Below, in pieces: positions 46,032 through 57,400 of a DNA stretch of 64,000 nt. The stretch's first letter is position 1; every line of letters begins with the position of its first letter. The translations under genes and the position numbers were made by a program. The stretch is from positions 1-64,000 of IMG/VR virus record IMGVR_UViG_3300033074_000806; one strand, written 5' to 3'. Below the pieces are notes generated by a model. The model was not told where the DNA came from. It did not search any database and saw only the letters and a list, made by a program, of their open reading frames with translations. The DNA comes from a virus. Taxonomy: Duplodnaviria > Caudoviricetes.

Positions 46032-49000
46032 AAGAAATAATTGATAGGTCTCGTCAAACGTTTAATAAACTGTTCGATACTATAGGTAAATTCGGCAGTA
46101 AGTATGATGTTTATAACTTTACTGCATTCGATACTGAAACAAACGCGCTATTAAAGGGCGATGCTAAACTAGGTGCCCAAACAGATATCTTTAAGCAGGG
46201 CGCATCTGGCATAAGAACTATATTTGCTAGAAAGGCAGTTTTTGATAGATTTGGTAATGTAAAGGATGAATCAGCAGTCCATTTATTGATGGGTGGTGGT
46301 AAGATATCTACCCAAGGTGAAAAGTTCTTCAAAGATGTTGGGCTAACAATAGATAGGATTCTTCCTAACTTTGAAACCATCCCCAGTGAATATAGAGAAA
46401 GATTAAGAGGTAAGGCCTTAACTAATAGATCTCTTAACTATTTAGAGGCTGTTCAAAAGAAAACAGGTAAGAAATTATTGACAACTGAGGGCGAGCTAGC
46501 AGATGTTCTAAATAATATGCTAGGACATTCAACTAATACTATGAATGTCGCTATTGGACATAACGCTAGTAGATTCGATTTGATGATGGCCAGAGGTGTT
46601 AAAGGATTTAAGGGTGTAGGCAGCTCTACACATATCCTAGATACTTATGAGCTAACCACTAGAATGTTCCCTGAGCTAGCAGTAGAAAAGACTGGCGCCC
46701 TAGAACTAGATAATCTTATATCTTTAATGATGTATGAGTCTGGTAATAAGACTAAAGCTAAAATAAAAGATCCACTAAGACAGGCGACAGCCACTGAAGT
46801 TGATGCTCTAAAATTCTATGGAATTGATAATGTTCCACAAGAATTTAAAGCAGTATCAAAAATGTTTGGCGGTTCAACTGGAGTTCTTGCTGCCGGCGCA
46901 CATAGTGCCGATGTTGACTCGTTACGGTCTATGGCGATACTACATGCTGCTATGCTAAGAGCAGAAACATCTAAATCAGCATCAGAAATCTTTCATGGTT
47001 ATCTAACTGAGATCGGTGTCAAAGAACATCTATCTGCTATAGATATAATGAGTCGTATTAAGAAATTTGATCCTCAGCAAGTTTCTAGATACATGAATGT
47101 TGGAGGATATAAAGGTAAGATAAAAGACCTATTTGATATACTACAATCAGGACAAACTAGTATAGATGATTTAACTATTTATTCCAGATCTGGAATGAAT
47201 GAGTTATTTTCTGAATTAGGTAATCGATTTGGAAAAGGATTTGTATCCTCGTTTGCCCCAACAGCTAGAGCACTAGCAGAAGGGATGGACGCTGGAGTTT
47301 TCATGCTACGTGGAAACTCTCTTAAGTTTGGTAGGTTGGGAGACGCAGCATCTTTTATTTCCCTACCAACGCAGAACTTTAATAAGTTAGGCAATGGATT
47401 AATAAATATGGGCGATAAGCTTCGCTCAGTGACTAATCTATTAAGCCTAGGAAACAATAAAACAACAGTAGTCCCTTTTAGCCGATTCTTCTATTCTAAT
47501 ATGAATAGAATAATTGGAAGTGGTTTAAATCCTACTGATAGCAATGCTGCATATGCACTGCCAAATATAGTTAGACAAACGCTAGGAACTAAAGTATTTG
47601 GAACTAAATCACTGGGCTCCTTATTAGGATCTCATCCAACAGAGATGGGATTACCGAACTTCTCTGCTATTACAGCAAAAGCTGGAGTCTTACAGGTTAT
47701 AGAAAGTAATGCGCCCATTGTCCAGCATTATAAAAACCTCCAACAAGGAATACAATTAAGAAACCTAAGCATTGGGAATAGCCTTTCTAACTTTAAGAAA
47801 GCTAGAAAAATAATCGAAAGCAGCATCTCTGGTATCAGTTCTGAGCTTAATAGGCTAGGCATCGGCGCACAAGCAGCTTTTTCCAAAGCTGAGTCCCTAT
47901 TAGATGATGGATTAAAGTTAACTGTCGGCAGCTTATTAAGTGATATGACTATTCCAGAGGTCAGAGGCTTTGAAAAAGGTCGGCTAAGAAGACTTGGAAC
48001 AATATCCAATAGCCATACTGCGCGGTTAAGAAAACTTGGCAGACCTGTAGGTCCGTCTGTAATTTCTGAAAAGTGGGAATCAGCTGGCATAAGAAGCTCA
48101 TTCCAAGGCGGCGTATTTGTTGCTGAGTTTGATACGATGTCAAATTTAAGATCTTCATTTGAAGATTCAGCTGTATATGCTAGCAGAACTGGTTTGAATC
48201 TATTAAAGCAAAAAAGATATGCAGGTAGCGTAACTTTAAGAGACTGGTCAGCTAGAGACGTAAGTTTATTAAATCAATATTTAGATCCAACAGGAGCATT
48301 TAATTTAGAGCCTGGTATCGATTTTAGACCAACAGATGAGTCTGGTTATTTTAAAGTTCGTAATAGAAGAATGTTCTCTGATAAACGCAGAGAAATCGCT
48401 GCTGAATTATTTAGTGGAAAATCTAAAATTCAAAGACGTGTATTAGAGCAAATTATACGAGGCAGAGCAGCTTTGTCCCAAGCTGTGTTCACAGAAGATG
48501 CAATACAACTAAAATTTGCCACTAGAGCGTTTACAGGCAGTAGATCAGATAGCATCTTACTGGGCCCGTTGGGATCTCTTAGAGCCACAGTAAATGGATT
48601 TGTTGGCGGACGCATTTCTAAACTGATGCGCTCAATTGGAGCTGACTTCATCATGTCAGCAGAAAACTTAAAAGGTGCAGCCCCAGCTGATTTAATTACA
48701 CAGCATAGAATTTCATTGGTTCAGAGAGAAGGTGCCTTAGATGAGCTAGTTGGTTTCTTTAATTCTCAACGAGATGGATTTAGACTCGCACCGTCTAGTG
48801 TTCCTGGTGTTCGCACTCTAGTAATGCCATCTGGCGTAACAAAAGATGAGGTTCTAAAGTTTACTGAGCTATTCAAAACTCATTTAGTTAAAACTGCCGC
48901 TGAGCATTTGGATAAAGATAGAACACGTAGAACCTTAAAAATAATACGTGGGTATGATGGTATAAGAGCATCAGGCAATGTCATAAGAAAGATAGCTAGC

Positions 49001-51436
49001 ATAGGCATGAAGGGCATAACTTCTGCTTCTAGACTATTCTTGACAGATATACATCTTAGATCCGATGCATCTGATGTTAACAGATTAAATAACGTTAGAT
49101 GGAATGCCAGCCATATAAATCAGTATAAGCAATCCTTAGCAGCTACAGGAATCTCTGGTAACTCTGTATCTAGATTCTTAGAACAAGCTATGGCTAGAGC
49201 GACTGGATTTAGCTTATCAAAGGGCGTATTAAATCCTGGCCGACTAGGCTTTATTGGTCAAGCAATGACTGGCCAATTACCTTCTGATGCCTATATCCTA
49301 CGATTAGGAGCCAATAAGCAATTCTTTGATCAGCATGGAACCGCATATTCATTCCTGCCCAAGGTTGGTTCTGGACACGTATTAACTCCAGAAAGCTTAA
49401 AAGGAACAATCTACGATACTAACTATTCAGATCGTCAATTTTTTATCGATTTTGGACAAGCTGAACGATTCTCAGTTAGAGGAAGAAAAGAAACACAGGT
49501 ATCTACTAGATACTTACCAGTCCCAAATTTAAGAAAAATACTAGGGGTTAAGGTCGGACCAGGAGGTGCTCATGTATCTTCTTCGTCACTGGCTGGTAAA
49601 GTTTTTAGAGCTATAAGAGCTTATTCTAGTGAAGGTAATTTAGATGTAGTTCACACTCTTAAAACTGGTGGCAGATATTCTGTTAGAGACACTATATCGG
49701 CTGCTATGGATAAACTTATATCCAGCATACCAGGTAAGAAAGGACTAGCAAAGTCACTTACAACGTTCTCCATAAAAGAATCTGTAAACGCTAGATTGCT
49801 AGGTAAAGCACCCACTGGAAATTTAACCGACGCGTTTATTGCTGAACTAGATTCGCGGCAATTTGCTGAATGGGCTCATGTAAAATTTGGTAAGGAGAAA
49901 GCTCAGAAGTTTTTAGCAATGGCGGAAAATGATGCCCTTTATGGATTCGTAAGGGCAGATCCTATGCAAAAAGGTGGCCATGCAGCTATCATAAAATATA
50001 AGCTGATAAATCGTGGCAGGAATCCTAATGCAAAAATGGATGTGGCATTAGATCCTTATCTAGTTTCTAGACTAAATAGAGACGTTGATAAGGATGCTGT
50101 CAGATTATTGCTATTCGATCAAATAAGTGCCAAGGATTTGGAGCTTGATTTTAATCAACAAGTTGCTGCCCATGCTGTAGACTTTAATACCTATCTAAAG
50201 AATCTATCTAATACAAAAGCACCATCCATTAATGGCATACTAACCAACTTTATAGAGTCGGCAACTAAGGGTTTTCAACAAAGCTCAGACACACTAACAG
50301 CCCACCTCGGCATGAAGATGAATGCCAGCCTTGGATATACTCTATCTAAGGCTCCAGAAAGTATACTGAATAGGGCTTTAGAAGCTAAGTCTCCTGAAGA
50401 CTTAATTAATATACTAACTAGTAGAGGCGTAGATAGAAATTCAATTAATGATGAGATCATTAAAGCACTTACTGAACAAAGCAAAGATAAGACCGCAGCT
50501 GCTATAGAACTATTCCAGTCCTTTAAGCAGGCTGGAGTTAAGAAGGGTGCAGTTAAGACTGCAATGTATGATTTAATTGAAGAGGTTACTGGACTAATGG
50601 AACGAATTCGTTCTGGTAGCAGTAACTTAAGTGAAGCTATTGATGTTAGCTCTAAGGTATTTACTAACTTTTTTCAGCAGATAGCTGGCGAAGATTTAAT
50701 AAGACCTAGCTCCGCTGCGAAATTTTTGACTGATAATATTCCTGAAAGTGCCGGTAAGCTAGTTGGAGAAACTTATGGTAGAGCTTTTTTTGCTGTCTCC
50801 TCCTTAAGAGGAAAGGTATCTGATGCTTTATCTATGACTAGGGCAAATGCGCCAGATACTAAAGAAATTTTAGGAGCAACATTAGAAGCAGATCAGACTT
50901 CTCTATTAGATGATGTAATGGGTGAGTCAACAGTTGGAGATGAAGTTCTAGAATCATCTACGCAAAAGCTGAGAGCAAGTTTATCATCTAGAGCCGGTGA
51001 GTTTATTGGAACACAACTTGGTAATGCCAGAAACTTCTTGCGTTCTGATGGTGGCAGGTTAGCTCTTTGGGGCGCTGGATTATTAGGAGCGTATAGCTTA
51101 TTCTCTGCTATGACTTCTAATCCTGACGAACTTGCGCCACCTCCGTTACAGCTAAATCAGACTTCTGCGCCATTGCCTCCACCTCCAATGTTGCAGCAAC
51201 CGATGGACTATGGAATACAAAATGTTCCCCAGCTTGATCAAAAAATTGCTAGGATAAGTCCAACACATCCTGCACATATGCCGAGACAATCAAAAATTAG
51301 ACACTATACGCGCCACAGCCCTGGATACCCTTCCGCAAATATCAATGGCCGTATAGAAGATGATACTAGTAGTATGAATAGTGCTATTATCTCTCAGAGG
51401 ATGAAGCACATTGCAAATAGCGATTTCGTGTATTAA
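46028..51436 (+). CDS. Large virion-region protein: N-terminal DEDDh 3'-5' exonuclease + RNA polymerase beta-prime-like catalytic barrel
   Basis: AFDTET, GHNASRFD, ILDT, AHSADVD; FVRADP...ALDPYLVSRLNRDVDKD (50075-50095); C-terminal hydrophobic helix and Pro-rich tail. Confidence 0.65.
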   Translation: MKEIIDRSRQTFNKLFDTIGKFGSKYDVYNFTAFDTETNALLKGDAKLGAQTDIFKQGASGIRTIFARKAVFDRFGNVKDESAVHLLMGGGKISTQGEKFFKDVGLTIDRILPNFETIPSEYRERLRGKALTNRSLNYLEAVQKKTGKKLLTTEGELADVLNNMLGHSTNTMNVAIGHNASRFDLMMARGVKGFKGVGSSTHILDTYELTTRMFPELAVEKTGALELDNLISLMMYESGNKTKAKIKDPLRQATATEVDALKFYGIDNVPQEFKAVSKMFGGSTGVLAAGAHSADVDSLRSMAILHAAMLRAETSKSASEIFHGYLTEIGVKEHLSAIDIMSRIKKFDPQQVSRYMNVGGYKGKIKDLFDILQSGQTSIDDLTIYSRSGMNELFSELGNRFGKGFVSSFAPTARALAEGMDAGVFMLRGNSLKFGRLGDAASFISLPTQNFNKLGNGLINMGDKLRSVTNLLSLGNNKTTVVPFSRFFYSNMNRIIGSGLNPTDSNAAYALPNIVRQTLGTKVFGTKSLGSLLGSHPTEMGLPNFSAITAKAGVLQVIESNAPIVQHYKNLQQGIQLRNLSIGNSLSNFKKARKIIESSISGISSELNRLGIGAQAAFSKAESLLDDGLKLTVGSLLSDMTIPEVRGFEKGRLRRLGTISNSHTARLRKLGRPVGPSVISEKWESAGIRSSFQGGVFVAEFDTMSNLRSSFEDSAVYASRTGLNLLKQKRYAGSVTLRDWSARDVSLLNQYLDPTGAFNLEPGIDFRPTDESGYFKVRNRRMFSDKRREIAAELFSGKSKIQRRVLEQIIRGRAALSQAVFTEDAIQLKFATRAFTGSRSDSILLGPLGSLRATVNGFVGGRISKLMRSIGADFIMSAENLKGAAPADLITQHRISLVQREGALDELVGFFNSQRDGFRLAPSSVPGVRTLVMPSGVTKDEVLKFTELFKTHLVKTAAEHLDKDRTRRTLKIIRGYDGIRASGNVIRKIASIGMKGITSASRLFLTDIHLRSDASDVNRLNNVRWNASHINQYKQSLAATGISGNSVSRFLEQAMARATGFSLSKGVLNPGRLGFIGQAMTGQLPSDAYILRLGANKQFFDQHGTAYSFLPKVGSGHVLTPESLKGTIYDTNYSDRQFFIDFGQAERFSVRGRKETQVSTRYLPVPNLRKILGVKVGPGGAHVSSSSLAGKVFRAIRAYSSEGNLDVVHTLKTGGRYSVRDTISAAMDKLISSIPGKKGLAKSLTTFSIKESVNARLLGKAPTGNLTDAFIAELDSRQFAEWAHVKFGKEKAQKFLAMAENDALYGFVRADPMQKGGHAAIIKYKLINRGRNPNAKMDVALDPYLVSRLNRDVDKDAVRLLLFDQISAKDLELDFNQQVAAHAVDFNTYLKNLSNTKAPSINGILTNFIESATKGFQQSSDTLTAHLGMKMNASLGYTLSKAPESILNRALEAKSPEDLINILTSRGVDRNSINDEIIKALTEQSKDKTAAAIELFQSFKQAGVKKGAVKTAMYDLIEEVTGLMERIRSGSSNLSEAIDVSSKVFTNFFQQIAGEDLIRPSSAAKFLTDNIPESAGKLVGETYGRAFFAVSSLRGKVSDALSMTRANAPDTKEILGATLEADQTSLLDDVMGESTVGDEVLESSTQKLRASLSSRAGEFIGTQLGNARNFLRSDGGRLALWGAGLLGAYSLFSAMTSNPDELAPPPLQLNQTSAPLPPPPMLQQPMDYGIQNVPQLDQKIARISPTHPAHMPRQSKIRHYTRHSPGYPSANINGRIEDDTSSMNSAIISQRMKHIANSDFVY

Positions 51437-51438
51437 AT

Positions 51439-54400
51439 ATGACAAAGCAAAAAATTAATAGCACCGACATAAAGCCTGACTATCTTACTAACGCTATAAC
51501 GTATGGAAATTTGAAGTCATCGTTAGATATTTCTAACGGATGGGCTGGGGATGAACTTAACTCAGCAGAATTTTATCAACGAGCAGTTGATAGGGTTATG
51601 GAATATGATAATTATTTAATAGACCAGGGCCCATCTGATTCCGACTCAGCTTTAGTTATTGGTCCATTAAGATACACCTATTCTGTCCAGTCTATAGAAG
51701 TTGCTGAGCAAAGAGCAATAAGCGCACCAGCCACCACACGTAGTAATAAGCCAGTCCTAGTTGACTCGGGTTCTGCCTACCAAAAGGCCAGTGTTACATT
51801 TACTTTTACAGGCGAAGAAGAGGTAAACAAGCATCTTAGGGCGCTGATAATACTATTTAAAGTATGTCCTATAATCTCTATAGAAAATGAGATGCTATCT
51901 AGGATGTGGTCCCCTAAGAGTGCCAAAATAATTGAAGATGTTAAAAGAAAGCTTTCTACTGTAAATGCTACGTCTGATGACCAAGCTTTAATAAATCAAA
52001 GCTATGAGGATTTTAAAGAAGCAGTAAGAACTGGTAAAAATTTGACAGACTATTTAAAAACAAATAGTAACAAAGCTTTTAACGATAGTGAAGTTAAAGC
52101 CATTATAAATGGTATATTTACAGATAGTATATTCAGTTTAAATGAACTTAATTACATTCCTGTTTGTTTAGAAGATCTATCAATACAGACTATACCTGAA
52201 ATTCCTGGTGCCTTAAATGTTTCTTTAGGCATATCACATATTGACGTATCATCTTCTACTGAGACTGGAGTCATAACTTATCTAGGTGCCAAGCCAGGAA
52301 CATTTGAGGTTAATCCTAGAAGAGCTCATTGGCTTAAAACTTGGATTAGAAAAATACTAAACTCAGAATATAATTCTGCATTCCCTAGGGTAGGGGTGGG
52401 TGGAGATTATGAAGGAGCCTTTAGCTACTTTAAGCTATCTTTTTATGACAAGGCTATTGGTAATCTATTGCCGTTAACTGGAAAGCCCGAGGACTTATCT
52501 ATTAATTCTGATTCACAGTCGAAAATATTGACACAAGCAATCAGTATATCAAATAAATTTGCATATCAAAGAATTGTAGGAAAGGCCCTTCCCTGTGTCC
52601 AGCATTTAGGGCTAACAGCAAACTCATTAACTTTAACCATCCAGTTTAGTGATTCAGAAACATCATTTGATCACTTTATGCAGTTTAAAGAGTTATCTGA
52701 TAAACTTTTTAGATCTGATTCTATAATAGATAGAACTATGGGATGGGCAGTAAGTTCACCTTTAGTTCAGCTATTAGGTCATAAAGGCGCTAACGTGTTC
52801 TTGCCGTTGAATATAAATGTCAACACAACGGAGCTCCCTGGTGTCAAAAATTGCACAATAACCTTATTAGAATCTAACGTTGACTTTAAAGAAAATACTC
52901 AGATCCTATTAGATGGTGGAGGAACTCCTTACAACGACTTAAAAGCCTTTTTACTTGGTGGTCAGGCAATTACAAGATACGACGATCTAACACAAACCAC
53001 TGATAAAAGAATAACAAGCTCGTTTATAGGGCTGTTCAATTATGATCAGACATTTAGAAACAATGTTACACCAACTAATTTAGCTACTTTAATATTAGAA
53101 CGGTCACCCGAATATCAGGCCCATTCAGTCTTATTCCCAAAGGATAGTAATGGATTTGAAGGAATTATAAATAGAGACTCTATAAGAGCTATGCTTTTTA
53201 GCTCTGTCCTAAGTAACTCAGTGGAGTTAAGAGAAGCTCTATTGAAACTTCCACTAGCTACTGGAAAAATATCAAATAGCAATCTTACACTTTCTAGCTT
53301 AGATGCATTCTTAATAGGTTTTTCTGATATTGGACTTTTTGGTCCAGGATCATTAGAAAGCGGCAAAGTAGGAACTCTTAAAGATGTGGCTTCCAAATTA
53401 GCTACAGAGCTATTTGAAATCAGCTCAGTCGAAACCCTTGAAATAACAGAGCTGATATTGCTATCTTTATTCGGTCTTCCAGAGAATGCCATAGCTGCTA
53501 TAAATAAAATAAAAGGATCAAAGTTAAAGCTATCAAACAAATTTAGAGAGGCTATATTTGATGTAATAGCAGCTAGACCATCGCCAATATCTTTGCTGTC
53601 TAAAACATATGATAGAGATGGACTATACATATCATTTAATATACTATATCTTGAGTATATAGCCAGTAAAGATCTTTACCCATCCTTTGATAAGGATGAG
53701 TCATTTAGTTCTGTAAATGATAGTGCATGGCGCCAATCTTGCTATAAAGATATAGAGCTTCCAAGCTATGAAGAACTTTTTGGTGATAGCTGGAGACATT
53801 TCGCTCCTACATATGATGATATTGGAATTAGTTATTATAGCTCTCGCGGAGCTTCTAAGCCTATTAACACTAATGAGAATAAACAAAATAACATTAGTGT
53901 GTCGGCCAAAGATAAAGTCCCGCCCTATGTTTGGTTTTATAACAAACGATTAAAAAATGAACTACGAAAGGGACTAGATTCAAATGCTCAGGGATATCTG
54001 TCTCTAGCAGAAAAAAGATATCTATCTATGAATCTTAGAACTATAAGGCAGTCTGAGCTTTTAAGAAGCCTAGATAAAAATAAATCAGCCGAACTAGAAA
54101 GAATTGCAAATGGTGAATCCTTATCTAACAAGGAAGTTAAAGGCACTGCAACTAGACTTGTAGAAATTATTACTCAAGCGTATTCAGATGACTTAGGAAA
54201 AATAGACATTGGCAGGTTCCAAGAAGATTTGGAATCTACTAGAGATTTAGTTAGACAAGAAGATAAGCTTTCTGCCTATGACTTTAATAACAGTAAGGTT
54301 AGTAAGTATAAAGTTTTCTATCAAGAGTATCTACATCCAAGTTCTCCAAAGAAAATTAACCTATATTTTACTACTACAGGAACACAAGATGATGGACCTT

Positions 54401-57400
54401 GCGGATATGTAAGCAGCAGGTTCCAAGTATCACCAATTGCTGGCGCTGCCTATATTAGGGTAATGCATGAATTAAAATACACTATACAGAAGAATGGATC
54501 TTTAAAGGATGCCTCGCCATTACATGACGAAGCTATGACTACTGTTGGAGCTGGTAACTTAGATGTTCAAAGACGTAATCAACGTGAAACTACACTTGAA
54601 ACTGTTAAAAGTTCTTTGTCTCAAATTCCAGATGACTATAATAGTATGTCAAAATTATGGCCGGCTGCTAAAGTTTATTTCCTAGAACGTAGAGGAAATG
54701 ATCTAATAGCTGACGATGTTTATTTTGCCACAGATAGCATTCTATCTATAGATATTACTGATGATAAAGATGATGCCCCATTGGCTGTTATAAAGATAGC
54801 GGATCCACTAAGGCTAATTCAAAACTCTACATTTGGCACGGGGAATATAGTATCTCAAAAGAATCTAAGTGTAGACGGAGATAAGGTATCTCCCGTCATT
54901 CTTGGAACTAGAAAAGCGAATCAGGAAGGCTTTATAAAGCAGCGTAAAATAGAACAAGGGAGAGCCATACAGATTAGATTAGGCTATGGAGCTAATCCAG
55001 ACCATCTGCCGATAGTGTTTACTGGTAGAATAACAGAGGTCGAGCCAGGTGATGAACTTACTATTGTGGCACAGGGCTGGAAAGCTGAGTTAATAAATAG
55101 ACAAGTCAATTTTTATTCTAACAATAGAAAGGTCTGGGGTGCTAAAGACTTAGTTATACAGACTATTCAGTTAGCAGATCCTGATGGAATGGGCCAGCAT
55201 ATTCCTGAAAAAGAAGCAAACGCAATAATTTCCAAGCTTAGAAATAATCAAGAAGGTGTAGTTGCTAACAGTCTTAATAACGCTGTAGATACTATCCTAG
55301 TAAAGGATTCTCCTAGCATCTTAACAGATATAACAAGGTTATTGCAACTAGATACATTAGACATTTATAATCCTGATGCAAGAAAGCCAGGTATCGATAC
55401 TAGATTTAAAAACATTTGGTATCCAGATATGTCAAAGACTATCAATAATTTCTTTAAATGGAGACAGTTCTTTGGCATACACGGGCCTGATTTTATAAAT
55501 GATTATTGGCTAGTCCCAATACAGCCTGCCTGGGATGTTATAAAAGAAGCCTCTAGGCACACTTGGAACTATATAGCTCAAGTTGTCCCATATGATGGAG
55601 AGTCTACTTTATTCTTTGGGCATCCAGACCAAATGTATTATTACACTAGAGGCCAAAAAACTAAGATAGATGAATGGAAAAAGTATGCTTCTCAGAAGCA
55701 AGAAGAATTATTTGACAAGGTCGTAAGATTAGTTTACGACTTTAAAAAGTGGGATGATAGTTCACCTACTATCACTTTTGAAGATATGCAGGTGCGCGCG
55801 TATATATTGCAAACTGGACATCGAATTAAAATCGGTATAGATTTTGCTGACAAAGTAGCTGATGATATAGTCGCTGGTAAGTTCAAGTATAGTTACAAAG
55901 CTTTTAAGGAAGCAGCTAAAAAGGATCCTCGCGTTATCCAAGCTATAAAATCTTCTGGAGTTACCAAAGCCAATATTGCAGAACTAGATAACATACTCTC
56001 GGCTAATAGCATCCCGTTACTACTTTATCTATTCTATGGTATAAAGCCGAATCGATTATTTTTGTGGCCCAATTATGATAAGGTAATTAGAACCTTACTA
56101 GGTCCACTAAATGACAGCACTATAAATCTATATAATGAAATTAAAAAAGTTGACACCAGGCTATTGGAATTAGTCAATGCGGATGTATTGGCCTCAGGTG
56201 TTTCAAGCTCATCTTTACTTAAGGCCAGGGATGTTCTGGACGAACTTAGATTTCAAATAAACACTACAAAAAGGCATACAATAGATGCTAAGGACTTTCT
56301 AGACCAGCTGAGATTTCATCTAAAGACAACAAGCTCTTCATTGTTAGACTTATTATCTAATCTAGATAAGACTACTAAGCCTAAGACTGTTGGCACTAGG
56401 TTCACAAGAGAGGTCAAAGTATTCTCCGCAAAAGACTTTAGTGCCATAAAAGCCATCAAAGCTTTAACAGCTGCAATTGAATTATCACTGGGTTCAAACA
56501 AAAATGTAGCCTTTACATCTATATACCCTACTCCAGATACCGCTACTATCGAAGAATTGCTAGACCAAAGCGATTATTTATTTAAAGCTTTTGTTGGATA
56601 TTTCCTACAGTTTTTAAAGTCTACCAACCAAAAGGAAATAACCGCAGTTGGCACATCTATAAAAGACTCTACTAACTTTCCTAATATGAAAGTGTTTAGA
56701 GTCCATCATTATATTGATAGTGACAAGGATATTATAGAGAATAATATTGTTGCTACTACAACACAGATGTGGAATACTGTTGTAATAAATAGACCAGCAG
56801 AAAATCCTGCTGATACTACTATTACCGATGGCACGCAACTAAACCAAGGAACCCAAGTAAAAACGACTGTTAACTGGGTCTATTGGCCTAAGCCGGCGAT
56901 CAGTAAAGTTATTGGATTGCAATTCCACCCTGGCATCTCTTTAGCTAATAAGAAGGTTAAATTATGCACAGAACTAAACTGCATAAGTGATGAACTAGCT
57001 GCAAAATTGGCATGTAATAACCTAGCTGAAGGTATCAAAAAAATGTATCGCGGGACTCTATCTATTAGAGGAAGATATGTAAAGCCTTACGATCGCATTG
57101 TATTAAATGATAGGTTTAATGGAATGAAGGGGCCGCTAGAGGTGGAGAGCGTAATCCATCACTTTAATCCTCAAGTAGGCTGGGTAACTAATATTATTCC
57201 TCAAGCTGTGTGCGATTCCAATCCTGGAGCAGCAGTAATTCAAACTGCTATTATAGAAGCTAATTTTGAGCGCGTTATGAATGTAGTAGATACATTTTTT
57301 AATGCAGCATATCTTGGGACTATCTTAGCAGCTCCGGGAGTAGGAACAGCCCTAAAGGCTGTTACTAAAGGCGTTCCGGCTGTATTTAACACTAGCCTAA

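Noticed and set aside
46028-51436. Plain tape measure protein or DNA polymerase III epsilon
   Set aside because: Exonuclease covers only the first ~310 aa and the remainder carries RNAP-like motifs rather than tape-measure repeats
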